DNA of 24,000 nt from Terriglobia bacterium (lineage in GTDB: Bacteria > Acidobacteriota > Terriglobia > Versatilivoradales > Versatilivoraceae), in NCBI GenBank assembly GCA_022452285.1, contig JAKUNG010000001.1, positions 308,924-332,923 of the forward strand, given 5' to 3'. Position 1 is the stretch's first letter, and each line of letters starts with the position of its first letter. A model generated the notes under the pieces. That model saw only the letters and a list, made by a program, of their open reading frames with translations, was not told where the DNA came from and made no database searches. The translations under genes were made by a program, and so were the position numbers. Below, piece after piece: positions 17,369 to 24,000 of this stretch.

Positions 17369-18142
17369 ATGGATATGGCCAGAGCTCTCGATCAACTGGA
17401 AGTTCATGACAATATTTTGTCTAGGGAAGAAAAATCCTTTCTAGATGAAAAAGGTTACCTAGCCTTTCCAGATGTTCTTTCTCAAAACCAAGTCCAAAGG
17501 TTTAACGAAACTCTGGCAAGTCTGGCCAAAAAGGAGAGTGATAAAGCCTTCGTAAAGGAAGGATTTCACCACGGCACCATTGTTCTTCTCGACTTGGTTA
17601 ATAAAGATCCTATCTTTGACAAATGTATTACCGATCCTCGGATACTAGCTGCAGTCCACCACGTTTTGCCTAAAGATTTTCGACTTTCTTCCCTTTGTTC
17701 ACGGGAAGTGCTTCCAGGTGGAGGGCATCAGGAATTACATCCTGATTGGCACCCTACTTGGTGGAGAGATCGAAAAAAACCAAGCGATCATTTTTCTTGT
17801 AACACTATCTGGCTACTGAATGATTTCACTTCCGAAAATGGAGCTACCCGAATTGTACCAGGGTCTCATTTGGGACTAAGTTTTCCTGAAGATGAAATGA
17901 ATGATCTTTCAAAACCACATCCTAATGAAATTCGTCTGACTGGATCTGCTGGTACTGTCGTAGTTTTTACAGGTCATACCTGGCATAGTGGCGTTAAAAA
18001 CACCACAAAAAAATCTCGCGGATCAATAACAGCTTATTTTTGCCGAAGAGATCAGCCCCAACAGCTTAACCAGCGTGAGGCACTCCAGCCTGACACATCC
18101 AAAAGACTTAGTGCTGGAACACGTTTTCTTTTGGATGCTTAG
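17369..18142 (+). CDS. phytanoyl-CoA dioxygenase (PhyH) family Fe(II)/2-oxoglutarate dioxygenase
   Basis: 257 aa. H-x-D facial triad context (ELHPDWH), NGATRIVPGSH, distal His in HTWHSG and a conserved Arg (SRGSITAYF). The ATG lies 1 nt after the upstream stop, so it is translationally coupled. No signal peptide. Confidence 0.8.
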   Translation: MDMARALDQLEVHDNILSREEKSFLDEKGYLAFPDVLSQNQVQRFNETLASLAKKESDKAFVKEGFHHGTIVLLDLVNKDPIFDKCITDPRILAAVHHVLPKDFRLSSLCSREVLPGGGHQELHPDWHPTWWRDRKKPSDHFSCNTIWLLNDFTSENGATRIVPGSHLGLSFPEDEMNDLSKPHPNEIRLTGSAGTVVVFTGHTWHSGVKNTTKKSRGSITAYFCRRDQPQQLNQREALQPDTSKRLSAGTRFLLDA

Positions 18143-18168
18143 TTGTTTTGATCTTAGAGCCTTCTTCC

Positions 18169-19884
18169 ATGAAAACTAGACTGAACAGAAGACAGTTTTT
18201 AAAGCAAACTAGCTTGCTTTCTAGTAGTCTGATGACTGCTGTTGTTGCGTCCCACTGTAAAGGTTCATCACCCGATTTTTTGACCAGCAGCCCTGAACTT
18301 CAAGATAATGGTAGGCCAGAGATACTTTACAATGTCATTGAGTTAACTAAACCCTGGCCCCCTCAGTACTCAGCTGAAACCTCCCGGCAACCCATTACCA
18401 CTCCTTATTTAGTCGGGAGTCCTAAAATAATTTCAATAAACCAAGGGCGACAATTGTTTGTTGATGATTTTCTAATTTCTGATAGTAATTTGAATCGTTC
18501 TTTTCATCTTCCTAAATTATATTCAGAAAACCCAGTTCTAAAACCAGAAACAACTCTGGAAATGAACGGAGGGGTACGTCCAGTGGCCTGTCCATTTAAC
18601 GATGGAGTCTTTTACGATCCTGCAGATGGGTTGTTTAAGATGTGGTATCACGCAGGATGGTTTGATGGCATTGCGTACGCAACCAGTCGGGATGGAATCT
18701 CCTGGACCAGACCTAATCTAGATGTAGATCCAGGAACTAATCGGGTCTTAGTTAGAAGAAAAGGGTTTAAAAGAGACGGTGTGGGCGTCTGGCTCGACCA
18801 TGAATCCCCAAGAAAAGATCATCGCTTCAAGATGTTTGCCTATTTCAGAGGCCCAAACAATTATAGAGGTGGTGAAGTTCTTACCTCACCTGATGGTATT
18901 CACTGGAACCATCAGTCACCAACGGGACCATGTGGCGACAACAGTACTTTTTTCTACAATCCCTTCCGAAAAATGTGGGTTTTTAGTCTTCGTACTTTTG
19001 ACTCTAAATCAAATCGAATTCGAGGATACAGAGAGCATCCTGATTTTCTCGAGGGTGCAACTTGGAAAAAGGAGGACGTTTTCCATTGGGCTGGTGCAGA
19101 TGAATTAGACCTCCCAGCAAAAGATTTAGGATATCCTACACAGCTTTATAATATCGATGCAGTTGCCTATGAAAGTATGATGATAGGTCTCTTGGCAATT
19201 CATCGGGGCCCTCCAAACGAGATTTGTGCCAAAGAAGGTTTTCCAAAACTAACTGAAATAGTCTTGGGGTACAGTCGAGACGGTTTTCACTGGCACCGTC
19301 CTGATCGCAGATCTTTTATTGCTCCATCACGAAAAAAGAATACTTGGAACCAAGGTTACATTCATTCAGCAGGGGGGGGGTGTTTAGTTGTTGGGGACAA
19401 ACTTTACTTTTACTTTGGTGCATGGTCTGGTCAATCACCTCAATTAGGAAATGACATGTACGCTGGAGGTAATACAGGATTAGCCATTCTAAGACGAGAT
19501 GGATTTGCTTCCCTAGACGCCGATGAATCAAGTGGTTACATCACTACACATCCAGTCCGCTTTAAGGGGCATCACCTATTTGTAAACCTAGCAACCCCTA
19601 ATGGTAACCTAAGAACTGAAATTCTCAACGAAAAGGGAGTCCCCATTGAACCTTTTTCCAAAAATAACTGTATTCCTCTCCAACTAGATGGCACTTGCTG
19701 CCAAATTCATTGGAAGGGAATAGCTGATCTGAGTCGATTAGCCGGGCAATCTGTTAGATTTCGGTTTCATCTGACAAATGGGCAATTATACTCTTTTTGG
19801 GTCAGTCAAAAAAAATCAGGTGCTAGCTTCGGTTATGTAGCTGGAGGGGGACCAGGATTTGCTGGCCCTATCGATATTCTTTAG
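18169..19884 (+). CDS. Tat-exported beta-propeller glycoside-hydrolase-like protein (GH43/32/130-like fold, family uncertain)
   Basis: Twin-arginine signal MKTRLNRRQFLKQTSLLSS. Motifs NPVLKPE...DGVFYDPADGLFKMWYHAG...YATSRDGISWTRP and YSRDGFHWHRP resemble five-bladed propeller GH families. I chose ATG 18169 over the track start at 18148. Confidence 0.6.
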   Translation: MKTRLNRRQFLKQTSLLSSSLMTAVVASHCKGSSPDFLTSSPELQDNGRPEILYNVIELTKPWPPQYSAETSRQPITTPYLVGSPKIISINQGRQLFVDDFLISDSNLNRSFHLPKLYSENPVLKPETTLEMNGGVRPVACPFNDGVFYDPADGLFKMWYHAGWFDGIAYATSRDGISWTRPNLDVDPGTNRVLVRRKGFKRDGVGVWLDHESPRKDHRFKMFAYFRGPNNYRGGEVLTSPDGIHWNHQSPTGPCGDNSTFFYNPFRKMWVFSLRTFDSKSNRIRGYREHPDFLEGATWKKEDVFHWAGADELDLPAKDLGYPTQLYNIDAVAYESMMIGLLAIHRGPPNEICAKEGFPKLTEIVLGYSRDGFHWHRPDRRSFIAPSRKKNTWNQGYIHSAGGGCLVVGDKLYFYFGAWSGQSPQLGNDMYAGGNTGLAILRRDGFASLDADESSGYITTHPVRFKGHHLFVNLATPNGNLRTEILNEKGVPIEPFSKNNCIPLQLDGTCCQIHWKGIADLSRLAGQSVRFRFHLTNGQLYSFWVSQKKSGASFGYVAGGGPGFAGPIDIL

Positions 19885-19922
19885 GGTTAAAGATTAGTAA
19901 AAAGACAAAAAATGAGGCAACA

Positions 19923-20894
19923 ATGATTAAACCTGAAGACCATGATTTCTTTGAAAAAGAATTAGAATCATTTTTGCCTGACCAAATCTTTGACGCCCAT
20001 GCGCATGTTTGGTCACATCAAAACATGCTTAAAAACAGAACAATCAAAACATTACCGAGAAACGGAAATTTTGAGGAATTTTCCAAAATGCTTCAAGCAT
20101 TGCATCCCCAAAGAACTTGTGCTGCGAATGTTTTTCACCGTATATGCCCCGCTGAATACTTTGATTCAGCTAATAAATGGACTAGTCAACAAGTCAAATG
20201 TGACCCAAATTACCGAGGACTTTTTTTAATGTCTCCTGATACAGATCCTGAATGGTTACGTAAAGAAGTAAACCGTTTAGGTTTGAGCGGCCTCAAGTGT
20301 TACCACGTTTATTCTAAAGTTAATCCTACCTGGGAAGCAGAAATCCCTGATTACCTTCCAGAAAGATTAGTCCAAGTAGCGCATCAGGAAGGCTGGGTTA
20401 TCATGCTCCATATGGTTCGGCCAAGAGCCTGTGCAGACAAAGGTAATCTTTACTGGATTCGTCGCTATTGTGAAAAATATCCTAACATGAAATTAATTTT
20501 GGCACATTCGGCTCGTGGCTTTCAGCCAGCTCATAACCTAGAAGGACTGTCTCATTTAAGAGGATTATCAAATCTTTATTTTGATACTAGTGCAAATTGC
20601 GAGCCCATTGCTCACCAAGCCATCATACGAATTATCGGACATCAAAAACTGATGTATGGTACAGACATTCCAGTAAGCCATCTACGGGGAAAATCCGTAT
20701 CGGTAGGGGATACTTTTCTGTGGTTATATGAAAATTCTCCAGTTTGGGGAGAAAAACACCAGTCAATTAAACCCGTACTTATTGGGTTGGAACATTTGCG
20801 GTCACTGAAATGGGCCTGCTGGTCAGAAAAATTATCTGATAAACAAGTAGAGGATATTTTTTGGAATAATGCAGCGGAATTATTTGGAATTTAA
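19923..20894 (+). CDS. metal-dependent hydrolase, Amidohydro_2 (TIM-barrel) family, paralog 1
   Basis: 323 aa. FDAHAHVW (H-x-H metal ligands), MLHMVR, ILAHSARGF, YFDTSAN and YGTDIP (Asp) fit the amidohydrolase-2 (lactonase/decarboxylase) fold. No signal peptide. Confidence 0.75.
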   Translation: MIKPEDHDFFEKELESFLPDQIFDAHAHVWSHQNMLKNRTIKTLPRNGNFEEFSKMLQALHPQRTCAANVFHRICPAEYFDSANKWTSQQVKCDPNYRGLFLMSPDTDPEWLRKEVNRLGLSGLKCYHVYSKVNPTWEAEIPDYLPERLVQVAHQEGWVIMLHMVRPRACADKGNLYWIRRYCEKYPNMKLILAHSARGFQPAHNLEGLSHLRGLSNLYFDTSANCEPIAHQAIIRIIGHQKLMYGTDIPVSHLRGKSVSVGDTFLWLYENSPVWGEKHQSIKPVLIGLEHLRSLKWACWSEKLSDKQVEDIFWNNAAELFGI

Positions 20895-20918
20895 TCGATC
20901 AACTAAGGAGATTTAGAA

Positions 20919-21941
20919 ATGAAAACAGATACTCCTAGCTATATAGCACGCCCAGAAGACAAAGAATTCTATGAACGAGAACTGGCATCTTTTATTCCAG
21001 ACAAGGTTTTTGATGCTCATACCCATGTTTGGCATTCTAACCATTGTCAATTTCCTGAACAGTTTCCACCGGTTGTTGACTATCAGACCTATATAAAATT
21101 AATGGAAGATATCCATCCAGGAAGAATAACTAAGGCTCTTTTTATTCCAACTTTTAGAGATCCCCAATCCAGTAACCCCATAAGACCACGTCCATCTTTT
21201 ATTACCGATGCTAATCAGTGGACTAGTGATCAAACTGCCAAAGACCAAAATTGTCGGGGTCACTTTTTTATAAAACCGGATGATGACCCCGAATGGGTAC
21301 GTCAGGAAGTTAAACGTTTAGGACTTTGTGGACTGAAATGCTACCACTCACTATCCCTTAATCCAGAATCAACTTTTGAAGCACAAATTCCTGACTATTT
21401 GCCTGAAACTCTTATTAAGGTTGCCCATGAAGAGGAATGGACTATTACTCTACACATGGTGAGAGCCCGTGCCGCAGCTGACCCTGGAAACATTCATTGG
21501 ATTCGCCATTACTGTGAAAACTATCCAAAGATGCAATTGATTTTAGCGCACTCGGCCCGCGGCTTTCAGCCAGCTCATAATTTGGAAGGTTTACCTCAGT
21601 TAACTGGACTTGATAACCTGTGGTTTGATACCAGTGCTAACTGTGAAGCCATGGCTCATCAAGCAATCATACGCATAATTGGCCACGACAAACTTCTCTA
21701 TGGAGGCGATTTGCCGGTTACCCATGGGCGTGGGCGATCACTGGGGGTTCAAGATTCTTTTCTTTGGCTATATGAAGATTCTCCAGTTTGGGGAGAAAAA
21801 CACCAATCAATTAAACCCGTTTTTACTGGCTTGGAGCATCTACGGTCTATTAAATGGGCTTGTTGGTCAGAAAATCTTACTGATAACCAAATTGAAGATA
21901 TCTTTTGGAATAATGCGGCTAAATTATTTAGACTTTCTTAA
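20919..21941 (+). CDS. metal-dependent hydrolase, Amidohydro_2 (TIM-barrel) family, paralog 2
   Basis: 340 aa, roughly two-thirds identical to the upstream paralog by eye. FDAHTHVW, TLHMVR, ILAHSARGF, WFDTSAN, YGGDLP. AAGGAG at 20904-20909. Confidence 0.75.
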   Translation: MKTDTPSYIARPEDKEFYERELASFIPDKVFDAHTHVWHSNHCQFPEQFPPVVDYQTYIKLMEDIHPGRITKALFIPTFRDPQSSNPIRPRPSFITDANQWTSDQTAKDQNCRGHFFIKPDDDPEWVRQEVKRLGLCGLKCYHSLSLNPESTFEAQIPDYLPETLIKVAHEEEWTITLHMVRARAAADPGNIHWIRHYCENYPKMQLILAHSARGFQPAHNLEGLPQLTGLDNLWFDTSANCEAMAHQAIIRIIGHDKLLYGGDLPVTHGRGRSLGVQDSFLWLYEDSPVWGEKHQSIKPVFTGLEHLRSIKWACWSENLTDNQIEDIFWNNAAKLFRLS

Positions 21942-22039
21942 ACCTGATTTAACTGAATGTACAGGGAAACTTCTGCTAAAAAAATCAAGCCCCAAAATTA
22001 AACTGGTCAGTAATGACTTGAAAACTCTGATTAATTTCT

Positions 22040-23272
22040 TTATTTTTTTCCTGCAGCTTCCACAGCTGACTGTGGTCTGCCGGAGACATCTCCTCCAAGC
22101 CAACGATAAGGTCGAGGATAAAGTGCCATAGAACGATCTGCTAGAGGTAACTTAACCGGTTCACTCCCTAGCTTTGCAGATAATTTACAGGCAATTGCGA
22201 CTTCTAGCGCATGACGTTGCGTTTCTCCAGAAATTCTAGGGGGAATGCCTTTTGAAACTGCATCAATTAATGAGGTAATTGGTCCTAATACGTAATCTCT
22301 TTCAGATCCTCGCATGCCTAACTTGTACAAAAAAGGTTCTAATTCCTTCGCTACTGATTCCCATGACCAGGGCCGATAATTAGGATCAACCTCTTTTCGC
22401 CGTCCCTTAGAATCAAAACCATGAAAAATCTGTGTCAAAGGTTCTCCATGACGGTCCCATCTGACCAGGCCATTCTCTGTCCAAACCTCAACTCCTCGAT
22501 GTGGAGCAGTACTTTCATTTCCAAAAACCTGACACTCCAATCCCGAACTTAAACGGAAAAGACCATTAATACTTAGACCATAATCAGTGGCTTCATCACT
22601 CAAGGATTCAATCGGATTTCCCCAAGCAATAAGTTCATCAACTGTAGCTTCTGTAAAATGTTGAAGAACCAGTATACGAGCAGTACCTCCGGCAAGAATC
22701 TCACCGCGATAACTGTGAACAGCAGCACCCAAGCGCTGACCTAACTCTCCTGAAGCTAATCGCCTTCCAGCTTCTTCTACTTGCCAATTTGCTCGTTCCA
22801 GAGCCCCGCCAGCTAAAACCGTACCACGTTTTTTACAGGTCTCAATCATTTGATCAGCATCTGATAATTTGGCTGCAAAAGGCCGATCTGTTTGTACACC
22901 CTTTACCCCTGCCTCTGCACAAGCTATGACTCCATCTTTCATAAATTTTGTAGGAGTAATAATTGCAACTAAATCAGGAACCACCTCTTTTAGTAATGCC
23001 TCAGCATCTCTAAAGAGGGCCTTAACTCCAAAACGTTCACCCACAACTTTTCTCCGCTCTGGATTCCATTCTGCAATGGCCACTAACTCAGTTTGGTCCA
23101 ATGCCCTGTATATCTCTGCATATTGCTGGCCTAAGCGACCACATCCAATAATTGCCACCTTCAATTTAGATTGACCAGAAAAAGCAGAAAGCTGCTGTGG
23201 ATTAAGTCCACTTGCTATTGCTGCTGTTGCTACCGAGTGGGCAAGAAAGTCTCTTCTGTTTAAATTTTCCAT
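22040..23272 (-). CDS. Tat-exported Gfo/Idh/MocA family NAD(P)-dependent oxidoreductase
   Basis: Start set at MENLNRRDFLAHSVATAAIASG (ATG 23272, AAGGAG 10 nt upstream) rather than the track start at 23485. Rossmann motif KVAIIGCGRLGQQYAE, then the typical Gfo/Idh/MocA layout. Confidence 0.8.
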   Translation of the reverse strand: MENLNRRDFLAHSVATAAIASGLNPQQLSAFSGQSKLKVAIIGCGRLGQQYAEIYRALDQTELVAIAEWNPERRKVVGERFGVKALFRDAEALLKEVVPDLVAIITPTKFMKDGVIACAEAGVKGVQTDRPFAAKLSDADQMIETCKKRGTVLAGGALERANWQVEEAGRRLASGELGQRLGAAVHSYRGEILAGGTARILVLQHFTEATVDELIAWGNPIESLSDEATDYGLSINGLFRLSSGLECQVFGNESTAPHRGVEVWTENGLVRWDRHGEPLTQIFHGFDSKGRRKEVDPNYRPWSWESVAKELEPFLYKLGMRGSERDYVLGPITSLIDAVSKGIPPRISGETQRHALEVAIACKLSAKLGSEPVKLPLADRSMALYPRPYRWLGGDVSGRPQSAVEAAGKK

Positions 23273-23578
23273 CTGTTTATACTCCTTATAAAAGTCAACT
23301 TTCAAAATCCAAGAACTACTTTCCGTTAGACTGCCGGTCAAACTAGAATTTAAATATTCAATCCAAACAATATAATAACCCTCCCGGTGATTTTTCTCAT
23401 TCTTTTTTGGAAAATAAAAAATAAAACCAGATTGGAATTGTAAGTCTCCATGATATCCTAAAACCCTTCCACAACCCGTGTACACTGGAAAAACAAAATA
23501 GCATCGCTAATGTTTATTAATACTTGTACATAAAACATCAAATACCTTGTCATGGAAATACCTGTAAGGAGATTTTCT

Positions 23579-24000
23579 ATGTTTAGACGAAACTTTATGA
23601 AAACAGCCTTAGCTGCCAGCCTGACCTCGACAGCCGTTTCTAATCCAGTTACCACTAAAGCCAGTAGTGTTAAATCAAATAAAAAGCCCAGGATTATGTT
23701 CTATAACGATTGCAGACATCCAGGTATTTATATGTATGAACCCCCTATGGAAAAAGAAGAATTTGAGGCTGCTGTTGATGAATTGATTGGTACCCCAGTC
23801 GATGCTTTAGTATTTGGTTTGGGGGATGGAAGAACTGTTTTACATGGGACAAAAGTAGGAGAGTTGTGGGGAAGCCCTGTAAAAAAATGGGGGCATCTCA
23901 TTTTCCGTCGAGCTCACCAAAACGCCAAGATGATGTTGGAATCAGGAAAGGATCCATTACGCATAGTCTGTGATCATGCTCAAGGATCTGGCATGCTCAT
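23579..24000 (+). CDS. partial (3'-truncated by window) Tat-signal glycoside-hydrolase-like TIM-barrel protein, paralog of the C-terminal half of the 946-aa protein
   Basis: Not in the ORF track because it has no stop. ATG 23579 with AAGGAG at 23566-23571. Translates without stops to the window end: MFRRNFMKTALAASLTS...KPRIMFYNDCRHPGIYMYEPP...GTPVDALVFGLGDG...DPLRIVCDHAQGSGML. This parallels RLIYNDDGEE...GTQVDTIAWSI...CPLQIVTRFAHKNNMEL in the 14527 gene. Confidence 0.7.
   Translation, partial: MFRRNFMKTALAASLTSTAVSNPVTTKASSVKSNKKPRIMFYNDCRHPGIYMYEPPMEKEEFEAAVDELIGTPVDALVFGLGDGRTVLHGTKVGELWGSPVKKWGHLIFRRAHQNAKMMLESGKDPLRIVCDHAQGSGML

Noticed and set aside
1260-23655. Short ORFs nested in or antisense to larger genes: 1260-1442, 2214-2432, 3815-4015, 3826-4032, 4362-4607, 5670-5873, 7635-7868, 7950-8222, 9023-9250, 10318-10668, 11010-11213, 11485-11718, 15051-15242, 15782-15997, 16062-16271, 16165-16398, 18779-19108, 19316-19531, 19990-20229, 21679-22131, 22869-23174, 23458-23655.
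   Set aside because: Each overlaps a longer ORF that has clear family motifs, or lies in AT-rich promoter DNA. Their translations are low-complexity (Ser/Leu/Lys/Phe-rich), as expected for off-frame or antisense reading of AT-rich genes. None has a recognisable motif.

Overview
AT-rich (about 40% G+C by eye), densely coding bacterial chromosomal window. I see no rRNA, tRNA, CRISPR array, transposase or integrase. The gene content (Tat-signal Gfo/Idh/MocA oxidoreductase, BNR propeller, many secreted glycoside-hydrolase-like proteins of uncharacterised families) resembles a marine PVC-type bacterium (Planctomycetota/Verrucomicrobiota/Lentisphaerota); this is inference only. The left half (1-12 kb) mixes housekeeping genes (SOD, fabH, DUF2203, murB, yggX, moaA, an A-type Fe-S carrier) with three less ordinary genes. 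(1) A B12-like/radical SAM protein whose ORF is cut in the supplied track at TGA 5797-5799. Read through, it gives the exact C-terminal motif C-U-A-E-P, so it is a probable selenoprotein of the CUAEP/CCAEP-tail radical SAM family. An ATP-grasp gene follows it. (2) A fusion of an unknown domain, a predicted TM helix and a plant-type 2Fe-2S ferredoxin. (3) A 683-aa radical SAM protein with an N-terminal Cys/His ribbon and a C-terminal Cys cluster. From memory its motifs match the COG1964-type family that includes archaeal tetraether lipid synthase (Tes/GDGT-MAS). A 641-bp non-coding AT-rich gap with a phased AAATGGTCC repeat separates this from the right half. The right half holds an SNF-family Na+ symporter, a VKOR-family thiol oxidoreductase and a tightly packed six-gene plus-strand cluster: BNR-propeller/TIM-barrel fusion, PhyH-type Fe(II)/2OG dioxygenase, Tat-exported beta-propeller GH-like protein and two tandem Amidohydro_2 paralogs. 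A convergent Tat-exported Gfo/Idh/MocA oxidoreductase and a second, partial TIM-barrel paralog running off the window end follow. The best candidate for something new is the Sec-recoded radical SAM plus ATP-grasp pair. Next come the Tes-like radical SAM with its ferredoxin fusion, and then the catabolic island built almost entirely from uncharacterised families. All family assignments come from motif recognition by eye, not database searches.
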